From Spirochaetia bacterium (GTDB lineage Bacteria; Spirochaetota; Spirochaetia; SZUA-6; Bin103), in contig CBDAOI010000004.1 in NCBI GenBank assembly GCA_965198005.1, positions 1,472,001-1,536,000 on the forward strand: a DNA stretch of 64,000 nucleotides, read 5' to 3'. The notes under the pieces are model-generated. The model had not been told where the DNA came from. It saw nothing but the letters and a program-made list of their open reading frames with translations, and made no database searches. Below are positions 11,309-21,911 of the stretch, piece after piece. Positions within the stretch are counted from its first letter, which is position 1. Each line of letters opens with the position of its first letter. A program made the position numbers and the translations under genes.

Positions 11309-13987
11309 GTGGTGGCGGACGGGTCGTATTTTCTTGCTCGTGTTTCCACCAGCGACATCGTTGAATCGCCCGCCAAGGGGAACACTATTGCCGGCTACCT
11401 CGGCTCGGGATACGTCGTGGAGTCCTCGATCGGCCATGTGCGCGACCTGCCGCAGAGCGCGGCGGACATCCCGAAGCAGTACAAGGATCAGCCGTGGGCG
11501 CGACTCGGCATCGACGTCGACCACGGCTTCAAACCGCTCTACGCGGTCACTCCCGACAAGCGCAAGCAGATCGCCAAGCTGAGGAAACTGCTCGCCAAGG
11601 CGGACGTCCGGTACCTGGCGACCGACGAGGACCGCGAGGGAGAGGCGATCGCCTGGCACCTGCAGCAGGTGCTGAAGCCGCCCAAGCTGGTCGACGTGAA
11701 GCGGATGGTGTTCCACGAGATCACCGCTCCGGCGATCCGCGCGGCGATCGAGGCGCCGCGCGACATCGACCGCCGGCTGGTCGACTCCCAGGAGGCGCGG
11801 CGCATCCTGGACCGGCTCTACGGCTACGAAGTGTCGCCGGTGCTGTGGAAGAAGATCCAGCCGCGGCTGTCGGCGGGCCGCGTGCAGAGCGTCGCCACCC
11901 GCATCGTCGTGGAACGGGAGCGCGAGCGAATGGCGTTCGTCGCCGCCGAGTACTGGAGCCTGACCGCGACCTTTGCCGTCGCCGGCGTAGCGGCTGCGAG
12001 CGGTCCGCGCGGATTCGACGCCGCGCTGGTCAGTATCGACGAGCGGCCGGTCGCCACTGGCGCCAGCTTCGACCGCGCTGGCCAGCTCAAGAACGACGCC
12101 ACCATCCGTTCTCGACGAAGCTGCGGCGCGCACCCTGATCGCCGCACTCGCCGATACGTCGTTCACCGTGCGCTCGGTGGAGAAGAAGCCCTACCGGCGG
12201 CGGCCAGCGGCGCCGTTCATGACGTCCACCCTGCAGCAGGAGGCGAGCCGCAAGCTGCGCATGTCGGCTACGGTGGCGATGCGCACCGCGCAGTCGCTGT
12301 ACGAGAAAGGCTTCATCACTTACATGCGCACCGACAGCACCACGCTGTCGGATGCAGCCTACGGCGCGGCCCGCGACATCATCCGCGACCGCTACGGCGA
12401 CCCGTACCTGCCGCCGGCGCCGCGCCGCTAATCCGGCCCGCCGGCGACCGTTTCCGCCTGCCGGACGAGGTCGCACGCATGGCGCCGCGCCAGGAGGCGG
12501 CGCTGTACGACCTGATCTGGAAGCGTACCGTGGCCTCGCAGATGAGCGACACCGTGGGCAGCACGGTCCACGTCCGCGTCGGCGGTACGGCAAGCGACGG
12601 ACGCGATGCGGAGTTCGCCGCCGCCGGCACCACCATCACCCACTACGGCTTTCGGCGCGTCTACTCGGAAGGGACCGACGAGGAACGGCGTGCGACGGAC
12701 GCCCGACCGGACGGGGACGAGGAGCGGCACCTTCCGGCCCTGGCCGAGCGCGACGCCGTCAGCGCCCGCGCGATCGAGCCCGCCGGCCACGCCACCCAGC
12801 CGCCGGCGCGGTTGACCGAGGCTTCGCTGGTCAGACAACTGGAGAACCTGGGCGTCGGCCGCCCCTCCACCTACGCCACCATCATGACCACCATCCAGGA
12901 CCGCGGCTACGTGTGGAAGACAGGCACGGCTCTGGTTCCCACCTTCACCGCGTTCTCGGTGGTCAACCTGCTGGAGCGGCACTTCTCCGACTTGGTCGAC
13001 TACGCTTTCACGGCACGCATGGAGGATGAGCTCGACGACATCGCCACCGGTGACGAGGAAGTGCTGCCATGGCTGAACCGCTTCTACTTCGGGGCCGAGG
13101 CGAATGGCGATCCAGGCCTGAAGACGATGGTGTCGGAGCGGCTCGGTGACATCGATGCCCGCGCCGTCAACTCGGTGACGATCGGCGGCGGTGATGACAG
13201 CGAGGGCATCGTGGTCCGGGTGGGCCGCTACGGCACCTACCTGCAGCGCGGCGAGGCGCGCGCCAACGTCCCGACCGAGATCGCACCCGACGAGTTGACG
13301 CTGGAGCGCGCGCTGGAGCTGATTCAGACGCCGAACGACGACCGGGTGCTCGGCGCCGATCCGGGCAGCGGTCTGCCGGTGATCGCCCGCGCCGGGCGGT
13401 TCGGTCCCTACGTCCAGGTTGGCGAGGCTGACGGCACCGCCAAGGGCAAACCGAAGACCGCGTCCCTGCTGGCCAGCATGAGCCTGGAGACGGTGACCCT
13501 CGACGAAGCCCTGAAGGTGCTATCGCTGCCGCGCGTGGTAGGCAGGGCCGCCGATGGCACCCCGGTGACCGCCCACCACGGCCGCTACGGCCCCTACATC
13601 AAGAAGGGTGACGACAATCGCACGCTGGACTCGGAGGATCTCCTGTTCACGATCACGCTGGAGCAGTGCGAGCGAATCCTGGCGCAACCCAAGCGGCGGC
13701 GCTCCCAGGCGGCCAAGGCGCATTGGAAGGAGCTGGGCCGCGACCCCGCCACCGACCGCCCAATGGTGATCAAGGAAGGCCGCTTCGGTCCCTACGTCAC
13801 CGACGGCGAAACCAACGCTTCGCTGCGCACCGGCGACTCGGTGGAGACGATCACCCCCGAGCGCGCCGCCGAGCTCCTCGTGCTGCGCCGCGAGCGCGGC
13901 CCGGCCCCGAAACGGCGCTCCCCCGCCAAGCGTTCCGGCACTACGAAGCGAGCCACCCCGACCCGGCGCCGCACCGCGCCCAAGTAG
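11309..13987 (+). pseudogene. topA: DNA topoisomerase I (type IA), damaged: altered 5' end and two compensating frameshifts
   Basis: IVESPAK, ATDEDREGEAI, SAGRVQS, GRPSTY and C-terminal GR(Y/F)GPY repeats. The catalytic GFITYMRTDS lies in another frame (12168-12431) and the AQEAHEA segment is missing. Confidence 0.8.
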
Positions 13988-14087
13988 TCCTGCAGCCGAT
14001 CAGCGGCACGGTGGCGGCGACCAGCGCCGCTGCGCGGTGGTTCATGGCGATCGGCAGATCGACCGGCAGGGACTTGCAAGGCCGCCC

Positions 14088-14672
14088 TCAGGCCGGCCCG
14101 CTCGCCACCGGCTGGCGCCCGCCGAACGTGCGGGGCCGGAAGTCCTCCCGGTTGGTGATGCTGGCGCTGCTGCCGGTCGCCCGAATCACGAACAGCCCCT
14201 GACCCTCGGCATATTTGTCCGACGACTCGTCCGCTTTCAGGTAGGCCATCGCTCCATACGCGACATGACCCGCATACTCCGGCATCAGCTCGGTGAGGTT
14301 CCGCAACGTGTCCAGGAAGTGATCGACGTCGCGTACCTTCAACGTGGTCTTGACCTCGACGGCCACCACCTCGCTGCTGTTGACCGCGAGGATATCGATC
14401 TCCCAGGTCCGCCCGCCGAAATTGCGCTCCAGATTGGTCGAGGTGTGATGCACCTCGATGCCGCGGCGGTTGAGAAGCCCGATCAGGTCGCCCTTGACCA
14501 GCGCTTCGATCAGCTTGCCCCACTGACTGTCGAATAGCGCTTCGGTCTTGCGCAGTCGCCGGTCGGTCTCCTGCATTCGCCGATCCGTCTCCCGCTGACT
14601 CTCCGACAACTCGTGCAGGATCGCGCGGATCTCTTGCCAAGTGGCGCCGTTGTGCTCTCCACTCTCAGCCAT
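14088..14672 (-). CDS. Coiled-coil + PD-(D/E)XK nuclease-like protein (DUF3782-like)
   Basis: ETDRRMQETDRR heptads, WGKLIEAL, EIDIL...VEVK. Confidence 0.75.
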   Translation of the reverse strand: MAESGEHNGATWQEIRAILHELSESQRETDRRMQETDRRLRKTEALFDSQWGKLIEALVKGDLIGLLNRRGIEVHHTSTNLERNFGGRTWEIDILAVNSSEVVAVEVKTTLKVRDVDHFLDTLRNLTELMPEYAGHVAYGAMAYLKADESSDKYAEGQGLFVIRATGSSASITNREDFRPRTFGGRQPVASGPA

Positions 14673-14827
14673 TCTGGTGTACCCCCAGGATCATGGTATC
14701 GCCCGGGACAGCAGTTGTCCTGCTCCCGGATGGACGGGGCGACGGACAGCATGCGTCCTCAGTGGTCTCGGCGACTAATTGCGTATGTATGCAGTTGGAC
14801 AGTAACAGTATAGAGATACTAAACTCA

Positions 14828-15742
14828 CTAACCAAGAAACCGAGACAGCGCATCCATAAGCAGTTTCCCCGCATTTTCGACGGACACTTTCCAAACACCA
14901 TCAGCCGCTTTCTTGATCATCATACCTATCCATTCATTTACCTTCGTGCGAAGGTCGCCGTGCCGTGGTTGCGTCTGTGATGAAATGGCATCTTTGAGCA
15001 GGCCTAGGTCGGCATCGCTTACACCGCTGCTCTGTAGGTGCTTTTGGAGCGATTCAAAGTCTCCAACTTTGACTTCCTGTTCGGCGCTCAGATGTTCAGC
15101 GACATTAACGGCGTTTTGATTCCCAACTATGAAGGTCTGGAATATGTTCCTAGCTCTACTTGGATCAATGCTATCAACAGAGGTCCCGGTGGCTTCGTTT
15201 TGTAGCTCAAGTACAAAATCAAGCAAACGATTCTTCACGCTGTCTAGGACGCCTTGGACAGCCGATTTCGGCACTGGTCTCCGCACATCAACAAGCTGTC
15301 CCCCGGCTATATCGAGTGTTCGCTCGATGGATCTAACGGCATCAGTCGGCCATGCCTCGCTCATACCGTCCTCGGTCGCCATACCCTCCAACTCACCAAC
15401 TCCCTGACGAAAGTATATACTCTCGGCGGAATCCCTAATGTCCTCAGGAAGATGGTCTAGCGGGAGCACCTGGTTCTTTATGCCACCTCCAAAATGGTCT
15501 ATGATTGTTGCCAGGTTATGGGTCTTTCGAACTCGGTAAGGTGGTAATTCCGTACTTCCCGAGTAACCGTTCAGCTCGCTATCTATCCAGCTACGAAACT
15601 CGGGTAGTCCAATCTTATGGGCTACAATCTTGGCCCGCCGCAACGTGCTGGCAACCCGCGAAGATTCACTCGTCAAGGAATCAACAATGTCTGTGAGCAG
15701 AGAACTCAGAAACTGCACCCTCCCAGCGGCCGACGTGGCCAA
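14828..15742 (-). CDS. AbiTii domain-containing protein
   Basis: LRRAKIVAHKIG...WIDSELNGY...PPYR signature; visibly lower GC than flanks. Confidence 0.75.
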   Translation of the reverse strand: MATSAAGRVQFLSSLLTDIVDSLTSESSRVASTLRRAKIVAHKIGLPEFRSWIDSELNGYSGSTELPPYRVRKTHNLATIIDHFGGGIKNQVLPLDHLPEDIRDSAESIYFRQGVGELEGMATEDGMSEAWPTDAVRSIERTLDIAGGQLVDVRRPVPKSAVQGVLDSVKNRLLDFVLELQNEATGTSVDSIDPSRARNIFQTFIVGNQNAVNVAEHLSAEQEVKVGDFESLQKHLQSSGVSDADLGLLKDAISSQTQPRHGDLRTKVNEWIGMMIKKAADGVWKVSVENAGKLLMDALSRFLG

Positions 15743-15801
15743 CCGACGGCCAGAACGTATCAGGCTACAACGCTATCGTCAAACCAAGCGGATGGCCAAG
15801 C

Positions 15802-18800
15802 TCATAGCTGCTGATTCTGTTCTGTCTGGTGACGATCCAGATCGTCACCAGACACTATCGCGGCTGAGGTACGAGTCCGTATAATTGCGGGGCCGGGTGC
15901 TTCCCGTGGCAGCGCCACACCGGCGAGCATACCCTCGACGCTAGTGGCTACCTCGTATCGAGCCGGCGGGTCCCGCACCTCCAGCGCCGCGAAGTGCGCG
16001 CGGCCGCACTTGATCTTGGCATCTTCGGTGAGGCGGAGGTCGTCCGCGTAGAGGCTCCCCTTCGTCTCGACCACCAGATACAGCCGGGTCCCCGCATCGG
16101 TGTCCACCAGGACGGCCCAATCCGGGCGGTATGTCCCCAGGGGGGTCGGCACCGCGAACCAGCCGGGGAGCTTGGCGTATACCTTCACGGCGGCGTTCTT
16201 TTCGAGTTGATCCGCAAACCGGGCTTCGATGTCGGACTCGTAGACGACCTCCTCGTACACCGACTTGGTGGCACCGAGCATGTTCCTGAGATACCCCGTC
16301 AGCTCTTCGTTCTCGAACAGCTCCTGCGCGTAGTAGTGGTCGTCGCCGAGCCGTTGGTACTTGATGCCGTCCACCACCGCCTGCCGCTTGCACCGGTTGA
16401 TGGCCTGCGCCGCAAGCTCGATGAACGCCTGCGGGTTGCGCTTGAAATCGTCGAGCCGGCGGCTGTCGCTGAGAATCCGGTAGATGCTGCGCCGGGTGAG
16501 GCGCGTCCGGTCCTGCAGCTCGGTCAGCACGTCCGGCAGGGGAATGTCGCGTTCGTCCAGCACCACCGTCGCCGCGCCGCTCCTCTCGGTAGCCTGTACG
16601 CCGGCCTGGCCGATGGCGATGTCAGCCTTGCGCCACTGCAGCCGCGTCCGGGGAATCTGCGGCGCATCCTGAAGCGCCCGGGCGCACTGCGCGATCAGTC
16701 CTTCATTGTCGAACTGAACCCGGTAGGTGGTCTTGTGCTTGATGCGGTCCCACAGTTCCTTGAACTCGGCGCCTTGGAGAACCGCCTGACGCGGGCGCAC
16801 CCGCTTCCGCTCATCGGCGTTCTTGACGTCGAGGCGTCCCGCCAGCGTGCGCAGCACTTCGGCGATTTCGGTGCGCTGCGCGGCGAATCGCTCCGGTGGC
16901 GTGAAGCTGTCGTCCTTGAGCGCCTCGCGCAACGAATCCTGGATGCGTCCATGCGCGTCGATGTAGTCTGCCCCGTGCAGGTGCTGCCAGAGCTCCTGCG
17001 ACGCGGCGAAGCCGAGGGCGGAGGTAGCCCCATCGTCGCCGGTAACCGGAATTCTCGCAAACTGATGCCTCTCCACGATGCCGAAGCGAATCCGGGTTTC
17101 TTCCTCTATCTCCCGTTGCAGTTGCTCGGCGAACTCCTCGTAGCTCTCCCGCGCCACGACCGTCAGCGTGTTGACGTCGAAGCCGCGCACGCGTTCGCCC
17201 TGGCGGTTGACGCACAGGCGCAGGCCTCTCCCGATCGTCTGGCGCCGTTCCCGCTCGGTGCGGACGTCGCGCAGCGCACAGATCTGGAAGACGTTGGGAT
17301 TGTCCCAGCCTTCACGCAAGGCCGAATGGGAGAAGATGAACTTGAGCGGCGTGTCGAGGCTCAGGAGCTTCTCCTTGTCCTTCATGATCAGGTTGTAGGC
17401 ACGTTCCGCGTTGTCCCGATTGCCCTGGTTGTTCTCCGCCGTGTCGGTCCAGCGGCGCCTCCTGTCGATCGAGAAGTAGCCGTCGTGCACGTCCTCGGCG
17501 GCTGCGGTGAGATCGACCTCCCGAAACAATGTGCGGTAGTCCAGATGGTTGGCGAGGCGTCGATACTCCTCCTCGAAGATCACGGCATAGTCGCCCTTGA
17601 CCGCGCTGCCGTCGTCCTCATAGCGCCGATAGCGTTCCACCCGGTCGATGAAGAACAGGCTGAGCACCTTGATCCCCTGCGGACGAAGGCGTTTCTCCTT
17701 GTCGAGATGCTCGCGAATTGTGCGGCGGATCATTTCTCGCGCTACGGCACTGCCGTCCACGTCGCCCCAGGCTTCTCCGCGCCGCAGGTACTCTTCGCCG
17801 CCGGGCACGCGAAGCTCGACGAACTCGTTTCCTCTCTCTGCGCGGATCTCGCCGATCCGGCAATCGCGGTACACGGCACGGCCCGTCGTCTGCTCGAGGT
17901 CGTCTCCGTCATGGACCCTGCGCTCCGTGCGTCTTACGCCGCCCCCGTTTTCGACATCGAGTTCTACCATGGCGGAAATGACTCCGCGCCGGTTGCTCGT
18001 AGACACGACGCGGACGTAGGGCTTGTTGTGGGCGTCTTCGACGGTTGCTGCCGCCACCTCGATCTGCTTCACCAATTTGCGTTGGTAGGCATCGACGGCA
18101 TGGAGCCGGTACACCATGTGATGCTTGTCCACGTGCGTTGCCGAGTAGCGCAGCGTACCGAGAGGGTTCATGTCGCTCAACGCTTCCTTGCCGCGCCCGG
18201 CCAGTCCGCCGTCCACGCTCTGTGGCTCGTCGACGATCAGAATCGGCCGCGTCGCCCTGATGAGGTCGATCGGCCGCTCGCCCCCGGTCTTCTCGCTGTC
18301 CTTGTAGAGGTTGTTCACGTCCTTCTTGTTGATGGCGCCGACGGTCACCACCATGATCTGGATCTGCGGGCTGGTGGCGAAGTTGCGCACCTGCCCGAGC
18401 TTGGCGGAGTCGTAGAGGAAGTACTCGAACGGCACGCCGGCATAGAGTGACCGGAAGTGGTCGTCGGTGAGCTGGAGTGATTTGTAGACTCCCTCCTTGA
18501 TCGCCACCGACGGCACCACGACCACGAACTTGGTGAAACCGTAGCGCTTGTTCAGTTCGAAGATCGTGCGCAGGTAAACGTAGGTCTTCCCGGTTCCGGT
18601 CTCCATCTCGACGGTGAAGTCGCCCGACTCCAGGGACCCCGACGGTTGTACGCCGTTGCGGAGCTGGACGGACCTCAGATTCTCGAATATTTTTTGGTCA
18701 TCCAACAGGGTTAGCCGATTGCCGATACCGAGTCCCGTTTCCTGGAATTCCAGATCACCCGCATCCCGGGTAACCGTGAACTCGGTTCGGCACACCTGCT

Positions 18801-18876
18801 GGCCGCGGAACAGGTCACAGACGGCCTCCACGGCCTGGAGCTGGAAATCCAGGTCGGGCTCGAAACGGAGCTTCAT
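15802..18876 (-). CDS. res: Type III restriction endonuclease Res subunit
   Basis: METGTGKT, DEPQ, RYSATH, LREGWDNPN, QTIGRGLR, C-terminal PDW...VETKG. Confidence 0.95.
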   Translation of the reverse strand: MKLRFEPDLDFQLQAVEAVCDLFRGQQVCRTEFTVTRDAGDLEFQETGLGIGNRLTLLDDQKIFENLRSVQLRNGVQPSGSLESGDFTVEMETGTGKTYVYLRTIFELNKRYGFTKFVVVVPSVAIKEGVYKSLQLTDDHFRSLYAGVPFEYFLYDSAKLGQVRNFATSPQIQIMVVTVGAINKKDVNNLYKDSEKTGGERPIDLIRATRPILIVDEPQSVDGGLAGRGKEALSDMNPLGTLRYSATHVDKHHMVYRLHAVDAYQRKLVKQIEVAAATVEDAHNKPYVRVVSTSNRRGVISAMVELDVENGGGVRRTERRVHDGDDLEQTTGRAVYRDCRIGEIRAERGNEFVELRVPGGEEYLRRGEAWGDVDGSAVAREMIRRTIREHLDKEKRLRPQGIKVLSLFFIDRVERYRRYEDDGSAVKGDYAVIFEEEYRRLANHLDYRTLFREVDLTAAAEDVHDGYFSIDRRRRWTDTAENNQGNRDNAERAYNLIMKDKEKLLSLDTPLKFIFSHSALREGWDNPNVFQICALRDVRTERERRQTIGRGLRLCVNRQGERVRGFDVNTLTVVARESYEEFAEQLQREIEEETRIRFGIVERHQFARIPVTGDDGATSALGFAASQELWQHLHGADYIDAHGRIQDSLREALKDDSFTPPERFAAQRTEIAEVLRTLAGRLDVKNADERKRVRPRQAVLQGAEFKELWDRIKHKTTYRVQFDNEGLIAQCARALQDAPQIPRTRLQWRKADIAIGQAGVQATERSGAATVVLDERDIPLPDVLTELQDRTRLTRRSIYRILSDSRRLDDFKRNPQAFIELAAQAINRCKRQAVVDGIKYQRLGDDHYYAQELFENEELTGYLRNMLGATKSVYEEVVYESDIEARFADQLEKNAAVKVYAKLPGWFAVPTPLGTYRPDWAVLVDTDAGTRLYLVVETKGSLYADDLRLTEDAKIKCGRAHFAALEVRDPPARYEVATSVEGMLAGVALPREAPGPAIIRTRTSAAIVSGDDLDRHQTEQNQQL
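15823..15854. repeat. Perfect 14-bp inverted repeat
   Basis: TGTCTGGTGACGAT-CCAG-ATCGTCACCAGACA. Confidence 0.9.
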
Positions 18877-18878
18877 GG

Positions 18879-19091
18879 TCACGCGAGCATCAGGCGCTCA
18901 CCCTTGGGCTGCGGGATCGGATCTCCGAACTCGCGAGCGGTGTCAATCCAAAGCCGAATGGCCTCCTTGACGTGACTCAGGGCGGCCTCGTGGCTATCCC
19001 CGTGTGCGCTACAGCCTGGAAGTTCCGGCACCTCCGCGACAAAAGCTCGATCTTCGTTACTCCAATACAGAATGATCTCGTACTTATCCAT
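18879..19091 (-). CDS. hicB: HicB family antitoxin
   Basis: FVAEVPELPGCSAHGDS..EAL...IPQP. Confidence 0.9.
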   Translation of the reverse strand: MDKYEIILYWSNEDRAFVAEVPELPGCSAHGDSHEAALSHVKEAIRLWIDTAREFGDPIPQPKGERLMLA

Positions 19092-19344
19092 CAGGGTTCC
19101 TCCCCAGCTTGTACTTCAGTATCAGACGGCGTACCTGTCTGACCTGGTAAGGCTTCGCGTTGCCGTCGTCGCGCTGCAGGTTGACTTTCTCCACGACTCC
19201 ATGTCTCCGATACAGGTGGTGGCTGCCCCGCACACGCTCGTCGAATCCCAGGTTCCGCATCAAGATCCGAAGGTCGGCGAACCGTATGTTTGCATCCGAC
19301 CGGCCGCCGAGAATCCTCTGAATGAGCCGTTCGCTCCGACTCAT
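19084..19344 (-). CDS. hicA: HicA family toxin
   Basis: GF...RGSHH...AKPYQVRQV; overlaps hicB. Confidence 0.88.
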   Translation of the reverse strand: MSRSERLIQRILGGRSDANIRFADLRILMRNLGFDERVRGSHHLYRRHGVVEKVNLQRDDGNAKPYQVRQVRRLILKYKLGRNPDG

Positions 19345-19419
19345 CCGCTGGTCTTCACGACGCCGAGGTTGCAAGCTCGGCACGTTCGAGGTGGAGCACA
19401 GTATACGGCGCCCACCTGA

Positions 19420-19647
19420 TCATACGAACTGGTACACCGGCGTCTGGATGGTACGGACTGGACTCGGCGGTTCGCGTATGATCCTATCCAATCGCTCCAC
19501 GGTCTCCGGTGAGAAGTGGTTCTCTCCGGTTTCAACCTTGACCCGTGCAGGGACGTTCTCGATGACGAACAAGCGCCCGCCAACCTCGACGTGGTACGTG
19601 ACCTTCCTGTCCACCAGAGTCTCGTTCCATCCGGAGGCGTCAGCCAT
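19420..19647 (-). CDS. YgiT-type (MqsA-like) small antitoxin
   Basis: FVIENVPARV..ETGE..FSPETVERL. Confidence 0.8.
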   Translation of the reverse strand: MADASGWNETLVDRKVTYHVEVGGRLFVIENVPARVKVETGENHFSPETVERLDRIIREPPSPVRTIQTPVYQFV

Positions 19648-19975
19648 CGTCCGGCCTCCTTACTCTGAATTCCAGCCACCTCGACGATCGGGTTCGTACA
19701 TGGTGGCGGCCTGACGATCGGCCTCGACGGATAGCTGCAATGGACGTGTCGCGGCCTCTTCGCGGTCGTGAAGCCCAGCACCAGACAACTCGGACCGTAC
19801 TTGTCATCCGGGTAGTCCTCACTGATCTCGCACGCTGCCATCGCCTCGCGAACTTCCTGGACGCGAATGCCTCGGACAATTGTCTGGTCCGTGGCATGTT
19901 CGGAGAACTCGAACATCCCGGCCCGACCTTCTCTCGTATCGCAGCCGCGATGTCTCCCGGCTGATCGTTGGCCAT
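19640..19975 (-). pseudogene. DUF4258 toxin-like gene, frameshifted
   Basis: FSEHA...EDYPDDKYGPSCLVLG in one frame; N- and C-termini in another frame. Confidence 0.7.
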
Positions 19976-19985
19976 TGGTCCACCG

Positions 19986-21911
19986 CTACAGACTCCGCAC
20001 GTTGCCGAGCCCGCGCTGCTCAAGGATTGCCGTAAGGTTGGTCTTGGCTACGTCGTCGGCGAAGGCGCTGTCGCGGAACACCACGGTAGTGTCGCCAGCC
20101 GGCTCAAGCTCCGTATACCAATCGACGATGCCGAGCCCCAGCGGCTCTACTTCATCGGATGCAACCCTCTCTGCGAGGCAGGCGATCAGCGTGCCGGCGC
20201 CTACGGAGCGGACTGTCTTGCCGGAAATGGTGCGCGCCTCGATCGGTACGCAGAGGTCCAAGCCAAGTTTCAATAGTACCTCATACAGAATGTCGTCCTC
20301 GTTCCTCCCTTGCTTTATGTGTTGAACACTGTCTATGAGCGTTCTCTCCAAATTGTTGTGATCCGGATCCCACACCTGAATATTCGATGTGTCAAGCGTG
20401 AACACACGGAATCCACAATCGTTGTTCTGATGGCTCCTGTCGTCCAACGGAAGCAAGTTTCCTCGTCCGTCAATCGCTCCCTCAATGAGTCCCTCCCGAA
20501 GCAGTCGAATACGCTGTTTTCCAATATCTGCGATCGTTGACAGTCCGGCTCTCTGCGCCGGAGATCCAGGTGGACAGAGCTCCGGCAACTGGACCATGAT
20601 GAATCTTCGCCCACCACCGTCCGCAGCATTAAGTGATAGAATTGCCTGTGCGGATGAACAAGACCCAGCAAAGAAGTCAAGGTAGATACCGTCGTCTTCA
20701 GGTTGATCATTAACTACGAGTGAGAACAGATGACGGATCAATGCACTCGGTTTAGGAAAATCGAATACCGGCGCTCCAAATAGTTCCCGGATTTCTTTCG
20801 TACCTTCCTGATTGAAAGGTCCGTTCATTAAAGAAAGAGGTTTGCCGAGACGCTCCACACCGCACTCATCACGCAAGTATTGCTTCACCCTGACGCTATA
20901 CTTGCCATTGCTTTCATTGATTACGACCTCATCGTTACGGTAGGCTCTTTCAAACCTTTCTTTTTCCCAGATCCATTGCTTGTCTGGCCATATATCAACA
21001 CCATTGTGTTGGATGGCGTAACGTAGATTAGGTCGATCGTCTTTACTAGTGGTTGCCAACGGTTGCGTAATATATCCACCTCTCGTGTGAAACTTAGCAT
21101 CTCTATTCCTGTACGTTTTTCGTTGCTCATCACTCAGTGGTGCGGCTAAGTTGGAAATGGTGTTTCGCGAGTATACCACCAGATATTCGTGGACACTTGC
21201 AAATCCCTTCGTCAAAGCCCCCGATCCGTATTTGTTCTTCCAAACGACCTCCTCGACATGGTTTTCTGAGCCAAAAACATCATCGCACATAAGACGTAAG
21301 TGTGCCACTTCTTTGTCATCAATAGAAATGCAGATAAGACCGTCATGTCGCAAGAGATCCCGTGCAACCTTCAATCGAGGGTACATCATGTTCAGCCAAT
21401 CCGTATGGAAGCGACCCGATGCCTCGGTGTTCGAGGACATCTTGCGGTTCTCACCGTCGACCTGTGCGGTCAGGTCCAGGTAATTGCGGATGCTGTCGCG
21501 GTAGTTGTCCGGGTAGATGAAGTCCTTTCCGGTATTGTAGGGAGGATCGATGTATATGAGCTTAACCTTGCCGGAGTAGCTCTTCTGTAGGAGTTTGAGC
21601 ACCTCGAGGTTGTCGCCCTCAATCATCAGGTTCTGCGTCGTGTCCCAGTCGACGCTGTCTTCCGGGCATGGTCGAAGCGTACCTGTGGAGGGTGTGAGCG
21701 CGAGTCGCCGCGCCTGACGCTTGCCGTGCCAGTTGAGGCCGTACTTCTCCTGGCGCTCGTCCACCGTGCCGCCGAGAAGCTGCTTGAGCACCTCGAAGTC
21801 GACGCGTCCCTCGGTGAACGCCTCCGGGAACAAGGCCTTCATCTGTTCGAGATTCTCGGCGATCAAGTCCGGCGAGCGGTATGCCGAGTCTCCGGCGGTT
21901 ATCTTCTTCAC
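19986..21911 (-). CDS. mod: Type III restriction-modification methyltransferase Mod
   Basis: IEGDNL, YIDPPY, FPKP, DFFAGS; AT-rich central target-recognition region. Confidence 0.95.
   Translation of the reverse strand: MKKITAGDSAYRSPDLIAENLEQMKALFPEAFTEGRVDFEVLKQLLGGTVDERQEKYGLNWHGKRQARRLALTPSTGTLRPCPEDSVDWDTTQNLMIEGDNLEVLKLLQKSYSGKVKLIYIDPPYNTGKDFIYPDNYRDSIRNYLDLTAQVDGENRKMSSNTEASGRFHTDWLNMMYPRLKVARDLLRHDGLICISIDDKEVAHLRLMCDDVFGSENHVEEVVWKNKYGSGALTKGFASVHEYLVVYSRNTISNLAAPLSDEQRKTYRNRDAKFHTRGGYITQPLATTSKDDRPNLRYAIQHNGVDIWPDKQWIWEKERFERAYRNDEVVINESNGKYSVRVKQYLRDECGVERLGKPLSLMNGPFNQEGTKEIRELFGAPVFDFPKPSALIRHLFSLVVNDQPEDDGIYLDFFAGSCSSAQAILSLNAADGGGRRFIMVQLPELCPPGSPAQRAGLSTIADIGKQRIRLLREGLIEGAIDGRGNLLPLDDRSHQNNDCGFRVFTLDTSNIQVWDPDHNNLERTLIDSVQHIKQGRNEDDILYEVLLKLGLDLCVPIEARTISGKTVRSVGAGTLIACLAERVASDEVEPLGLGIVDWYTELEPAGDTTVVFRDSAFADDVAKTNLTAILEQRGLGNVRSL

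Noticed and set aside
12100-12435. Programmed frameshifting in topA
   Set aside because: No slippery site, and the second junction deletes conserved residues
19986-21911. Phase-variable mod (phasevarion)
   Set aside because: No simple-sequence repeat tract visible in the gene
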